Positions 12,788 to 26,583 are shown, counted from the first letter of the stretch. The stretch: DNA of 64,000 bases from Nageia nagi (GCA_050084985.1 JBITNC010000001.1:149916001-149980000); one strand, 5' to 3'. Translations and numbers: made by a program. The notes: generated from the sequence alone by a model not told the origin.

Positions 12788-14606
12788 ATTGTTAATCTTT
12801 TAGAATCACACTTTGAAGAGGGTAATATTATTTCAATTCATGATTCTTTCATTCAATCATTCATTGATTCTTTATTCTCAATAAAGTCCCTTCTATAAAT
12901 CTCACTCCTTATTTCCTATTCTTTCATATTTTTAAATTATGTACTAAATGTAAAGTATTTATACTTAGTATCCTTTGCATAGGCTAGTTAGGATTTATTT
13001 TTGATCAAGTCAAGTTCGATTCATGTTCATATTTTTGCATCTTAGTCAAGGGAAGTGCACTTAAACTCCCACCATTTCATTGCAAAGTGGGATATTTTTG
13101 TATATATTCATTTGAGTCATTTCTAGAATATATGAATAAGTAAAAGGTCCAAGGGTTCCCATTTTATAAAATTAGCAAAGTCATTTTTGGGAAATATTTT
13201 ATGAGATCCATGAATGTGTCTAAGTCTAGTTTGGGTCTTATCAAAACTATAATTATTTAGGTGTAAGTATTATATAGTATGGGAGTTATTGTTAGGCATT
13301 GTTGTATATAATTTTTAGTTTAGATTCAATTCATTCATCAGGCTATATTTTAGAACCTATGAAATTCTAGAGAAGTTGCACCTTATGATAGAAATTAATG
13401 GCCTCTAATTTCATCTAGTATTCCTAAAGGTATTAATGGAGAGAGACATTACAATGCTCACATTCAATAGACCTCACTGATTTTAAGCGATGATGTCATA
13501 ATTTTCAAGAAAAATCAATAAATGGTAAGACTTATCAAATATCTTATAAATGTTGCCAAGATATATAAGACCCACCCATAATGAAAGAAGACTATAAGAG
13601 GAAGGGAATACCTAGGTCCACTTAATCAAGAGTGTATCAACCCTAGGGCTCTGCAAACATGTCAACTATAGCTCATTTCCACATGGTAGCAATAGTCTAC
13701 CTTCAAGATTGAATGATACATCTATCTTCACCCTTACAATGTAAAATATTTAATGGTTACAAAGAGTTAGGTAGTTGTTAACTATTGATAAAGGTTAATC
13801 GTACCAATCAAAATGGAAGGCCATAATTCATAATTTTAGAAAAAATCCTAGAAGATCAATTCAAATATAGATATTATGGATTGAGGTTGAAGAGGTACAA
13901 AGATTGAAGGCTTGTAGATTGCCAAGCTTTGGCACTAAATTAAAACCATACTGTATAATCAGTTACAATTGTAAATTGATTTATACATGTATATATTTAA
14001 GTTTATATTATTCTTTGTAAATAGTAGTTGTAGTCATTAATGGTGGATAACCACGTATTTTATAAATAGAATCTATAAATAGTGGTCTATTAGAGCTCTA
14101 AAAGGTTGAACATTTTAGCAAAGTTGCCTAGTGCAAGAAGTATTTTCATATATGATAATACAATAGAGTGATATTTTTCCCTTTGTAATTTGTGGCTATT
14201 ATTATGTTTTGTAAGCATTATATATGAAGCATTATCTTAATTTATGGCTATGTATTACAATTGTGAGACCCCAAGGGTAAGATAGTTATTCTATTATTAA
14301 TTTTGGTAATGGATTACTATCTATGTAGTAATTCCTAGACTAATTAGTTTTAGCTTGCTTTCAGTAATTTAGTTTTCAATCTCTTTCCTTGTTACTCTTT
14401 ACCTCATTTATCCCTTTTTAGTTACTTTCAACATTTTTCATATATAGGAATTGGTCTATAACTTGAAGATTAAGCAAAAAACCCCCATCAACATATTGTC
14501 CCACCACCTTCTTCTATTTCAAGGATTCTACTATTACAGGCAATGGAGAACTATACTAGACCAAACCTTAAGGTTACATTATAATGATCAATAGTAGAAA
14601 CATCCA
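12788..14606 (+). repeat. Left terminal repeat of element A (LTR proper probably ~13099-14606)
   Basis: Aligns by eye with 35498-37316 with many transitions. TATA-like CTATAAATA at 14073-14081. Ends ..GAAACATCCA just before the PBS. Confidence 0.85.
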
Positions 14607-17113
14607 TTTTTGGTACATTTGATGGGATTCAAGTAAATATCCATATCTTTTGGGGCATCAAAAGCCAGATAGATGAGTTTGGTAAGCTATCCCATTTTGT
14701 ACTTTAAATTTTATAAAGTTTAATAGACCTTATTGGTGAATTTACTATCATACTGGTCAACTTTTTGAACCTTGGTACCTCCAAAATATAGATTTACTAG
14801 AAGTAGTGCAAAAAATTCCTTAATATGGCCCAGATTTCAAGATCTATTAGTTCCTTAAAGGAGGACTAGGTGAAAGATTTATCAAACCTTATCTACTCAA
14901 ATTCCTTTAAGATATGTCCCATTAATAGATGTATTTGAGTCTATCCAACAAAATCTTTCACCTCAAACTAGTGGTCCATATATGTGTCAACTTGCCCCTA
15001 GAGATTTTTTTTCTTGGAATAATAGTTATCCCTTGGTAATTCCTACCAACTCATCAACTATTACCTAAGGATCCTTTAAGGTTTTATATAAATATTATGG
15101 GTTAAGAAAAATACCTTATGAACACTTCCAATATGTATCTTTACTAGGTTTAAGCTTTAATATTATTGATGAAACTATCATAATGATACTGTTGTCACAT
15201 TCTTTTGAAGGCAAAGTAGCTGAATGGTTTAGAATTCTTACCCCTCAATATATCAAGACATGGGGAGAGTTATGTCAATCTTTAATCAAAATATTTGCTA
15301 TAAATGGTGATGATATAACCCTTTTGAACCTCATAGCATGTATCAAAAGATATCCTCATAAGTCTATAAATGATTTTAATATAATATTTAAGAAAATATG
15401 AAAATTCATTCCAATAAGGATCAAGGTTTTGTTACCTTGATCCTTATTGGAATGAATTTTCATATTTTCTTAAATATTATATTAAAATCATTTATAGACT
15501 TATGAGGATATCTTTTGATACATGCTATGAGGTTCAAAAGGGTTATATCATCACCATTTATAGCAAATATTTTGATTAAAGATTGACATAACTCTCCCCA
15601 TGTCTTGATATATTGAGGGGTAAGAATTCTAAACCATTCAGCTACTTTGCCTTCAAAAGAATGTGACAACAGTATCATTATGATAGTTTCATCAATAATA
15701 TTAAAGCTTAAACCTAGTAAAGATACATATTGGAAGTGTTCATAAGGTATTTTTCTTAACCCATAATATTTATATAAAACCTTAAAGGATCCTTAGGTAA
15801 TAGTTGATGAGTTGGTAGGAATTACCAAGGGATAACTATTATTCCAAGAAAAAAAATCTCTAGGGGCAAGTTGACACATATATGGACCACTAGTTTGAGG
15901 TGAAAGATTTTGTTGGATAGACTCAAATACATCTATTAATGGGACATATCTTAAAGGAATTTGAGTAGATAAGGTTTGATAAATCTTTCACCTAGTCCTC
16001 CTTTAAGGAACTAATAGATCTTGAAATCTGGGCCATATTAAGGAATTTTTTGCACTACTTCTAGTAAATCTATATTTTGGAGGTACCAAGGTTCAAAAAG
16101 TTGACCAGTATGATAGTAAATTCACCAATAAGGTCTATTAAACTTTATAAAATTTAAAGTACAAAATGGGATAGCTTACCAAACTCATCTATCTGGCTTT
16201 TGATGCCCCAAAAGATATGGATATTTACTTGAATCCCATCAAATGTACCAAAAATGGATGTTTCTACTATTGATCATTATAATGTAACCTTAAGGTTTGG
16301 TCTAGTATAGTTCTCCATTGCCTGTAATAGTAGAATCCTTGAAATAGAAGAAGGTGGTGGGACAATATGTTGATGGGGGTTTTTTGCTTAATCTTCAAGT
16401 TATAGACCAATTCCTATATATGAAAAATGTTGAAAGTAACTAAAAAGGGATAAATGAGGTAAAGAGTAACAAGGAAAGAGATTGAAAACTAAATTACTGA
16501 AAGCAAGCTAAAACTAATTAGTCTAGGAATTACTACATAGATAGTAATCCATTACCAAAATTAATAATAGAATAACTATCTTACCCTTGGGGTCTCACAA
16601 TTGTAATACATAGCCATAAATTAAGATAATGCTTCATATATAATGCTTACAAAACATAATAATAGCCACAAATTACAAAGGGAAAAATATCACTCTATTG
16701 TATTATCATATATGAAAATACTTCTTGCACTAGGCAACTTTGCTAAAATGTTCAACCTTTTAGAGCTCTAATAGACCACTATTTATAGATTCTATTTATA
16801 AAATACGTGGTTATCCACCATTAATGACTACAACTACTATTTACAAAGAATAATATAAACTTAAATATATACATGTATAAATCAATTTACAATTGTAACT
16901 GATTATACAGTATGGTTTTAATTTAGTGCCAAAGCTTGGGAATCTACAAGCCTTCAATCTTTGTACCTCTTCAACCTCAATCCATAATATCTATATTTGA
17001 ATTGATCTTCTAGGATTTTTTCTAAAATTATGAATTATGGCCTTCCATTTTGATTGGTACGATTAACCTTTATCAATAGTTAACAACTACCTAACTCTTT
17101 GTAACCATTAAAT
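13748..17113. repeat. Near-perfect inverted duplication: arms 13748-15427 and 15434-17113 (1680 bp each), 6-nt spacer TTTGTT
   Basis: Position x pairs with 30861-x. Identical mirrored ORFs 15183..15401(+) and 15460..15678(-). Only one mismatch noticed in spot checks (13921/16940). Confidence 0.97.
14607..14628 (+). promoter_or_regulatory. Decayed primer-binding site of element A
   Basis: ttttTGGTACATTTGATGGGA differs from a Tat-type TGGCACGCCCGGTGGGA (recalled consensus) only by C>T and G>A transitions. Confidence 0.65.
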
Positions 17114-18250
17114 GGTGGAAATTAATATTATAGAAAAGCATTTCACTTGGAAATTAATATGTTAATTATAATGTTGAGGGATACTTTCCCAAATATCTAT
17201 TATATAGCTAAATCTATTGGACATACCTTAGTGTTCTCTGGAAAGATGCATCCTAGATCCATTATGCTCATATTTCCTAATCTACCTCCAAAGCAAGCTC
17301 TATTAAAAATTCCTCATCCTAAAGTACTAGCCTTACCTTCTCCTCATAAACCCATGGTTTAGAATCAAATACTAGCACTCTTAACTCTTACATCTATAAG
17401 TACAAATACTATTTCTTATTCATCAAAGGAAGAAAGGATAAGGCAATTGGAGATAATAATTAGGAACCTCAAAAATAAGTTCACTCTATAAGATAGGTAG
17501 AATTAAGGCTTTAACTATCATAGATATGATAACTAGTATCAACCAAGATTATATCCCCAAAATAGTCAAACAGAATAACTTCTTACTCCTAAAGCTATAG
17601 AAAACATAGTCATGGTTGGTTCTACAGAGAGTGATACTTTAGGTATTACAAAATGGTGCCCTTCATATTTAGCTCCTCATTTTCTAGATTCATGTGTAGT
17701 GTATCAACATTAATATTTGGTCTTACATTCTAACCAAATGGTATAACCTACATCAAATCTTACTATAAATCTTACCATGTTAAAGTTTTGGATCTTAGGT
17801 TTTGTTGGAGAAGAAGCTAACTATGTTCAAACCAAAGCTTCAAGCTCAATAGCCCTGTAGCAAGCCTAAGTTTCTCAACAAAATCAACAACCCATTCTAT
17901 CTCAACCAAATCTAAAAAGAGCTAAGGATCCTATTTTTCAACCTTATATTCTAGTTAATCAACTTTTGAACTATCTAGGTCAAATTTCACAAGGCTTGGG
18001 TAATGTTGCTCCTATTGCAAGAAACCCTGCTCAAACCAAAAGTGAATTCATAGATAAAGAGAGACCTACTCCATTGAAATATCCATTCACAATTGAACAT
18101 CATAAGGATAAAGCCACTCAAAAATTTATATCTTACTAGACTATTCAAAAAAGTAAGTTAGCCCCTTACGTTCCATACAATATCATGTAATAATTAATGA
18201 GAACACCTACAAAAATGGTAATGTTTAATGCATTGAGTATCTAGGTCAAA
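15050..18250 (+). pseudogene. gag: gag of element A, interrupted by the inverted duplication
   Basis: LLSHSFEGKVAEWFRILTPQYIKTWGEL (retrotransposon gag core). Reading resumes at ~17105: ..YYRKAFHLEINMLIIML.. Confidence 0.8.
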
Positions 18251-18349
18251 TTGATATTTTGCAATAATCTTTAAATCTTAAAAAGAATAATAAAAGGTTT
18301 AATGAGGGAAATGTAGTGTGTGTAATCTCTGATGATGTTCCTCTAGATC

Positions 18350-21300
18350 CTATAGGTATAAGAAGATCTTCATCTTTTTATCTATCCCTTAGATTAGAAG
18401 GTTGGGTAGTTAAAAATTGTATGATTGATATCGAAGCTGCTATTACCATTATTCGTAAAGTTGTTGCAAATAAGATGAAATTGTACATTACTTGATGCAT
18501 AGATGGAATCATACAAATATATTCTTATCTTGTAGATGTGATTGGTAGTGTTAAAGGAGTACTTATAACCCTAAATGCATTCCCTAATATTTGTGTCATT
18601 CATGATATTATTGTAGTTGATATTTCACCTCTATTTGGAATCTATTTATCCATAGAATTCACTACCAAGTTGGGAGGGTACTTAGCTTTAGATTACATAC
18701 ACCTCCTACTTCCTTTCAAGAACAAGATGGTCAAAATCCCAAATGAGGGTACTAAGAGTTTCCATCTTATGAAGATATCTAAGGAAAACTATATGAATGA
18801 TCTTGAGCAAGTAGAGGTATTTGAAAGGGATCCACTCAAGGAATCACTACTAACTACCAAAATTATTTTAGCTAATGATCTTAATGATTAGATCACTGAT
18901 ATTGGTATGGGAAACTACTACTTATTTAAAAATGTTTAGCTAATGTTAGTCTCAATAGAGAGAACATGAGGTATGGATGATGTATTTTGATGGGGCCAGA
19001 TTGAAACATGATTGCGATGTTAGTGTTGTCTTCAAATCACCTGAGGGATAAATGAGAATGTTCTCATTCAAAATCACATGGATATGCATAAATAATGCTT
19101 CTAAATATGAATCCATCTATTTAGGGTTATTTAAGGCTATAAGCATGGGCATCCAATGCATAGTAGTCTATGGTGATTTTGAACTAGTCATAAAAAAAAT
19201 CAAAGATAAAATTAGTGCAAAGCATCACTATCTAAAGACTTATAGGAATAGGTTATGGGACCTTATGGAGTCATTCTTGGTACTCAATTTTATCTCTATT
19301 CCTAGGAAGTATAATCAAGTTGTTGATGCATTAGTAGGTAAAAGAGCACATTTCAATCCTTCTCATCATAAGAGAGGTAGCTATGGATTTAAATTCCTAT
19401 TTAGGCCATCTATTCCTAAGACTACAAATTTTTGATAGGCATTTGACTTTGATGAACATATTATGAATTTTCTTATAGATGAAGTAGTAGCTCACACCTT
19501 TGATGTAATAGAGTTGCTTAATTATTTTCAAAAATTGAATGTTATACAACTTAGAAATAATTTTATACCCAAAGGTATACTTTTCTTTGAATGATTATTT
19601 AATTATAAATATATTCAAAAAGCCAAAACATTAGCTATTCAAAAGGAAAACAATGTTGAGTTAGAATTTGAAACCAAAAAATGCATAAAAGTTATATCAA
19701 AGTGCACAAAAGTAAAAAGATAGATGATACTCCAAATTTATCATGAGTTCTCTAAGGTTATTACCTAAACTTATGATGATATGGAGATATATGATAGGAA
19801 TGTGATCCAACACACCCATAAAGCTCATGACAAAGCCAAGCTATACAAGTATAAGTAGATGCTAGTTAACCCAAGAATAGAAGAGGCTATGAAGAAGGAA
19901 TTGCTTAATCTCCTAGATGCTAAGATTATTTATCCTATTAATAATTCTTCTTGGGTAGAAAATTTAGTCCTAGTAAAGAAAAAGAATGGACAAATCAGGT
20001 TGTTTGTAGATTTTAGAAATCCAAATCAAGTGTTCCTTAAAGATAACTATCCTATCCCTCCTATGGAGCAGATCCTTCAAATAGAAGTTGAAACATGTTG
20101 CTTTTCTATGATTGATGGTTATTTAAGATTCAACCAAATTTGGGTAAAGAATGATAATCAGTTCAAAACTACATTCACTACCAAGTGGGGAACATTTGCA
20201 TTTTAGAGAATGGCTTTTGGTCTTTCCAATGCTAGGGCTACTTTTTAGAGAGTCATGAATCATGGCTTTGGTGACTTGATAAATAACATTATCCTGGTCT
20301 ACTTGGATGATATCATAGTATTTTCTAAAAGTAGAAATGATCACTTGAATCACCTCAGGCACATTTTTGAAAAATGTATACAATTCAAGATTTCTATCAA
20401 TCCCAAAAAGTCTATTTTTATAGTTAACCAAGGAAAATTGGTTGATCATCTTGTCTCAAAAAAAGACTTGGTAATTGATCTAGATAGAGTGAAAGCTATT
20501 AAATATTTTCCTATAGCTTCAAATAATAAGGCCCTACACTCCTTCCTTGGTTAAATAAATTTTGTTAGAAAGTTTATTAATGATTTTTTGGAGATTATTT
20601 CACCAATCACAATAATGTTAAAGAAATATGTTGTGTTTTTCTAGTTTGAAGAAGCAAAGCAAGCTTTTCATGATATCAAAAAGGAAATAACCAAAGCCCT
20701 TATTTTATAAAAATCTTAATTTTCTAAAATATTTTAGCATGTATGCATATGGACCATAAAAAGTGTTGTTACTATTTTAGCCTAGAAAAATGGCTAGAAG
20801 GAAGAGCATCCCATTGAATTTCCTAGTCAAACATTGCACCAACATCAAAGAAGGTACTCATTTATTAAGAAGAAAGTGTTTTCCATAATGAGAGGACTTA
20901 AAAAGTTTAAGCATTATGTGTACCACAACAAGATGCTTGTATATACCATTCACTTAGATGTAAAAAATTATGTTATCCAAGGAGAATTGGATGAATGAAA
21001 ATTTGGTTGGATCACAAGAATAATGGAGCATGATATAGAAATTAAACCAACCAAGATCATAAGGGGAAGAGCCCTATGTGAAAATATAGTAGAGGTTGCA
21101 CACATGATCACCATCATTTAGGATGAAGAGCATCTTAACCAAGAGAGTGATTGGATAAAGTAATTCATTTTTTATTTTAGAACTAGTAAATGTCCTAAAT
21201 ATTTGGATAGGTTTCAAAGAAGAAGATTTAGATTACAGTTATTGAATTTTATGATGATATATGACCATCTTTATAGGAAGAATTATATCAAACCCTATTA

Positions 21301-22410
21301 AGATGTGTGACTTAGGATGAGGCCCAAATAATTTTATATGAATTTTATTAAGGATTCTCTTGAGGACACTATATTGGCCCTACCACAATAATAAAAATAT
21401 TGCAAGTGGGCTATTATTGGCCTATGATATTTCAAGATTCATTCAAGATAGCTCAGAAGTATGAAAAATACAACAAATATATGGGAAGAAGAAGATAAGA
21501 TGCAATACCTCTCAAACCTATGGTAATTGAAGAACCTTTCCAACAATGGAGTTTAGACATCATTAGTGTTATAAATTCAAATTCTTCAATAGGCCACAAG
21601 TTTATTATGAATGCAATAGACTACTTCATAAGATGGTCAAAAGCTATGCCATATAAGAGTGTAGATCAAGAGGCAATAATCAAGATGGTCAAGAGATTAA
21701 TTTCTCACTTTGGAATCCCATAGACTATTATGTTAGATAATTATCCTACATTTATTAGAGCTAATTTATCAAAATTTGTTGTTGAGTATGGAATCTCCTA
21801 GATGTTCTCTTCAAACTATTACTTGCAAAGGAACATGTTAGCAGAATCAATAAACAAAAACTTTACCTAGATCATTAAAACAAAAATTGAAGGGAATCCT
21901 AGATAGTGGCATACATAATTAGACTATGCATTATGGGTAAATAGGATCAATATAAAATAAACTATCAAAACATCCCTTATGCATTGGTTTATGGTAAACT
22001 ACTAGTGTTGCCAATCAATTTTGAGTTACCTACATTGAATATCCTATAAGGGTTAGAAGAATATGAATTTGGGCCACTAAAAGTAAGATTCAATCAATTG
22101 ATAAAGTTGGAAGAAGATAAGAACAAAGCTTATCAAGCCTTTTAGCATCAATAATAGATTGTTAAAAAATGGTTTGATAAAAAAATCTTCCCAAGTAAAA
22201 TTTGAAGTTGGAAACATTATCCTCAAATGGTATGAGGAAAGAGCAAATCTTGAGAAATATCAAAAATTCTATTCCTTATGGAGCAGGACCTATATCATCA
22301 TTCAATACTTACAAAACAATGCATTCAAGATTCAATATATTACCAAGTCCTAGGAACTACCTATACCAATGAATGGAATCTATTTGAAATATTACCGAGT
22401 GATCAGGTAA
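18350..22410 (+). pseudogene. pol: pol of element A: protease (~18350-18750), additional archaeal-type RNase H (~18970-19370), RT (~19700-20560), RNase H (~20690-21060), integrase (~21150-22410)
   Basis: PR CMIDIEAAITII; aRH WMMYFDGA..NNASKYESIYLGL..YGDFELVI..IPRKYNQVVDAL; RT VKKKNGQIRLFVDFRNPN and LVYLDDIIVFS; INT PFQQWSLDII..AIDYFIRWSKA. Confidence 0.92.
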
Positions 22411-23036
22411 TTTCATAACACCCGCTAGGATTGTAGAGTGTAAATAATATTATGAAACTAGTTATTTATTTAATATCTTTTGTTTATGTAAAAACAAGTT
22501 TGTATATACTTTATTTATCATAGGTCTACTTCCTAAGGCTTTAAATAATTGTTAATGGTAGCATTTAATAGACATGGTGGTAGTTAAGTTCAATGGCTAT
22601 AAAATGTCACATCAGAGGATTAGCCTCCCACACATAAGATTACCTCAAAAATCCACCAGCTCACATCATACTTACAATTTTAAAATTTGATACATTTGAG
22701 TTAAATGCTATCCCACCTATCAACCCTAACACCACACTCTTTGCGAACTCTAACATTCTTGATTCATTAATTGCCATTAATAGATAATAGTCATAAACCC
22801 TAGAAAAATAAAACATAATCCTCAAACTTATTTCCTCACTTAGTAAATTTTAGAGCCTAAGGTTTCAAGAGTTATAGAGCATCTTATCTATAAATCTTTT
22901 GGTGCTAAGTGTGGAAGAGTTTCAAAGTTTTGTTTCATAGAGGTTGCATGAGTTTGATGTTTACCTAAGCTATTCAAAAACTATTGAACATCATGGCTAG
23001 TGCTAAGAAGATTGAGGTAGCTATGAAAGAGGGATT

Positions 23037-23317
23037 TGTTGGAAGTATTTCTAACATGATTCCTAAGTCCTAACTTATTAGGATTAATTAATTAGGACTA
23101 AAGTATTTTCCTAAGTATCTAGGTCTAAGTATTTATTAGTTTATTGTTATAACAAGTAATTTGTCATGTAGTGATCTAAGGGTGATACGTATAGTGTGAG
23201 TTTTTTATGGTCATGAGAATATTATTCTCAACTTCTTATCTTGTCTTGTAATGGCTTTCTTAAGCCTATATATGTAACTCATTTTGATGAATATTACAGA
23301 ACATTTTGGTTCTCTCA
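23037..23317 (+). repeat. 5' LTR of element B
   Basis: TGTTGGAAG..TCTCTCA followed by the iMet-type PBS. Confidence 0.95.
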
Positions 23318-24777
23318 AATGGTATTAGAGCTGAATCGATCATAAGGTTAGAGTGGGTGAAGTCCTGAAGGATCTTATCAAGCTCCTCAAGGACTGTCAT
23401 TAGAATTATTGAGTTTGTGGATGCATTGCAAAGAATTTATCAAATTCTTGCAAGTGTAAGATCCAAAGCCTCTAGAAAAATTCTTGTTTCTATGGAAGCA
23501 AAGAGCTACCTTAGTGTTGTGACATTCCATACCAGTCCATGTATGTGAAGGAGAGACTAACGTCTATGTACTGCATAGCATAGTGGATCATCAACCATTA
23601 TGGAGGCTTCGTACATGCATAGTGATGCTGTGAAGTGTATCTACCTAAAGGTTGGGCACTGCTATTTTGTGAGGATCATGTAGATCTACATTATGGATAG
23701 CCATATCTATGTCTACAGTGTGCATCTATTGGAGATTTCTGTGCATGTGAAGACTAGCAAAGCCTACAATTTGAAGGCTCTATGTGTAAAGAAGACCTAC
23801 CAGTGTTGGAGACATCATTGTTATCCAAAAATGTTGTGTATGTGTTGAAGGAGAGAACATTGAACACTATATCAGACCTGGACATGGAGCTCCTAAGGCA
23901 TTGAATCATGGAGAATGTGGATGTGAACAACATGCTGGTGGTAAGTGTGGATAGTATTCATGACTAGCATGGACCATATTTGATTGCTTGAAATGCACAT
24001 TCTACAGTTTGTCCATCTAGTGAGATAAGGTTGTGCATATGTGGAGCTATGCATTCTACTAGAGAGGCTATATGATCTAAAATAGACATTTAGGAGGCAT
24101 ATGATTATGCTGAAGATCACCAGACCTACAAAGAGCTGAGATGTGAGTACACTGTTAACGTGAAGAAGTGTTACATCATTGTACATGCATATGTTTCATC
24201 CTACCAGACATGAATTGCAAAGGAGGTCTACTATTGTGCACATTGTAAAATAGCTTGTGCAAAGTTTGAAGAAGAATATGCTCATACAGCCACATGTGCA
24301 TAATGAGAAACTTGCTACAAGGAGTTCTTGTCTTCCTGAATGAACATAATGCTTAATACACTTGCTACTAAGGAGATGCTAAATACATGTGGTTTGAATT
24401 ATATAGCACTCTACTGTAGTGCACATAGGTTGTGCTCTAATTAAAAAAAAACATTTAGGAGATATGCCTAAGTGAATCTGTCCAACATACATAGCAGTAG
24501 AGGAACGTGGAAGCTCTTAAACTGAGCATATGAAAGAGAAGCTATTAGTGTGAAGCAAGAAGTGATTATTTTAATCTTTTGATCTGTTATTATTATTTTA
24601 CAGCCTGTGTAAAACCAAAGAGTATGTATTTTTGCATTCAAAGACTAAAGAAAGAAACCAGAATTGTGTTGAAGATAGATCTATCTAAAGTGCAGAGGCT
24701 TGAGTAGCAAGAGAAAAGGGTGGTCCTATTTGAGAAGCTAACAAAGGTGCAGACCTTATTCCATAAAGGAATAGTAT

Positions 24778-25695
24778 TTGAGATGTATTTTTTTTAATGA
24801 TGTGTGTGATGTGGATTTATTGAAATCCCCATATATATATAAAAAAAAAAAGATGATGATCATCATGCTTGAAAACTTGGAGGTGCCCAAGTTTTATGGA
24901 CAAAATTATGCTTGGTGGAGCATAATAATGAGGACCTTGCTCAAGGCTAAGGACCTTTGGATCATTATAGAAGATGGGTATGATGAACCTCCATCTTGGA
25001 GGTCTCTTAAAGGAGAGGAGAAAAGAGAAAAGAAGGAAAAGCAATATCAAAATTGCTTAGCTCTCATGGACTTAAGAAAAGGTATGAAAGAAAATGTTTT
25101 TCCTCTTATAGTAATTTGTAAATCAGCTTCTATTGCATGGAAGGTTTTGAAAGATGTTTTTGATGTTAATGAATATGAAGCTTGTGTGAACAAAGGGGAA
25201 CCTTGTTCTTTTGGTGAAGGCTCATGGGAAGAGCCATATATGCTTGAAGAGCCTGATGGAGACTCATGTGAAGAGCCTTGTTTTAAAGATCCTTTTGAAG
25301 GACTTTTTGAAGACATGTCTTATGAAGAAGGCATGCATGATGATGAAGAGGAAGATATGAATTTGATGTGGCATTGTGAAGAGGCTTGTGAAACTCTCAT
25401 GGAAGGGAGTAAAGTGGATAAAGAATGCTTCATGGATGAAGCTTATGAAGAATGCCTAATGGAGAAGGCATATTGTAAAAAATGTCTCATGAAGGAGGCA
25501 TGTCATGAAGAGTGTCTCATGAAGATGGCACCATATCAGAAATTTGTGGATTCAAATTATGGATCACAAATCATTCTCATGGAAGAGAATGTTGAAGACA
25601 AGGAGCATTGTTGGCTCCCTTATGATGAAGGCCACTTATCAAGAGTGGAGAATGAAGATGACTATTCGAGGGGGAGATGGAAGATAATGAGATAG
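24778..25695 (+). CDS. gag: Copia gag N-terminus fused to an acidic Cys/Met/Glu-rich repetitive tail; probably continues through frameshifts to 26452
   Basis: 305-aa open frame. VPKFYGQNYAWWSIIMRTLLKAKDLWIIIEDGYDEP and ASIAWKVLKDVF are Copia gag-like. CxMxxAxxEE-type repeats follow. ORFs 25677..25934 and 25928..26452 have similar composition. Confidence 0.75.
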   Translation: MRCIFFNDVCDVDLLKSPYIYKKKKMMIIMLENLEVPKFYGQNYAWWSIIMRTLLKAKDLWIIIEDGYDEPPSWRSLKGEEKREKKEKQYQNCLALMDLRKGMKENVFPLIVICKSASIAWKVLKDVFDVNEYEACVNKGEPCSFGEGSWEEPYMLEEPDGDSCEEPCFKDPFEGLFEDMSYEEGMHDDEEEDMNLMWHCEEACETLMEGSKVDKECFMDEAYEECLMEKAYCKKCLMKEACHEECLMKMAPYQKFVDSNYGSQIILMEENVEDKEHCWLPYDEGHLSRVENEDDYSRGRWKIMR

Positions 25696-26583
25696 CCATT
25701 GATGGACTTCATGGTGAAATGGAGGCATCAAAAGATCTTGAGAGTTGTCTTATAAAGGAAATAATATGCAAAGAGGAACCATGGGAATTCCTTATCATGA
25801 ATGAAGAAATAATTGCTTTAAAAGCAACATCAAAGGAAAGATTAATGTGGATATCTACTCACCAAAACATCATTAGAGGAAACAATTTATTATTTTTGGC
25901 TTATTTGCTAATGCTACTAATGAATGTTTGCTAATCAAATGTGTGAAGGATAGGTTGAAGGCTATGGAGAATGGAGGAGAATGTCTTATCAAGGCATTGC
26001 TTGAGGATTGCATCATGGAGACAACATTGAAGAGTCTTCCTTGGGAGAAGACATTGATGAAAAACTTGGGTCATGTGGATCCAAATGATGATTGTAAAAT
26101 CTTAGTAAGGTGTGATTTTTTGAGTGAAACTTTGTGTGAGGAGCAACATTTGGTTGCATATGTAATAAGCCAATGTGTGGCTTTCTATTGTTTGAAAGTG
26201 TGTGTAGAAGTTTGTGAGAGAGTACTATGGTACAATTATTATTGTGAGATGATGAATACATACTCATGTGGAGTATGGATATGTAATGATGTAAAAGCAT
26301 GGTTTGAAGACCATCCAAGAGATGAAAGAGAGTGGTTGATTAAAATCACATATGGAGAGACTTTTTTTGAAGGGGGAGCTTCTCAACAAAAGGAGGCACT
26401 CAATGAAGGAGAAAAATCAACAACAATGAATAAGATTCCACACAACAAGTAGAAGGAATGCCCACATCATACTTTTCAAAAATTTGATTTCCTATTGATT
26501 AATTAGAGGAAACACAAATTGTTTTCTTCCAACTATTTGATATCTAAAGAACTCTTTGCATTCCTTAGCATCAAGGGGGAGTA

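Noticed and set aside
15183-15678. Two identical 72-aa ORFs on opposite strands as a convergent gene pair
   Set aside because: They are the same decayed gag fragment mirrored by the inverted duplication.
24778-26452. 305-aa ORF as a host gene
   Set aside because: It lies between LTRs with PBS, PPT and TSD and begins with Copia gag motifs.
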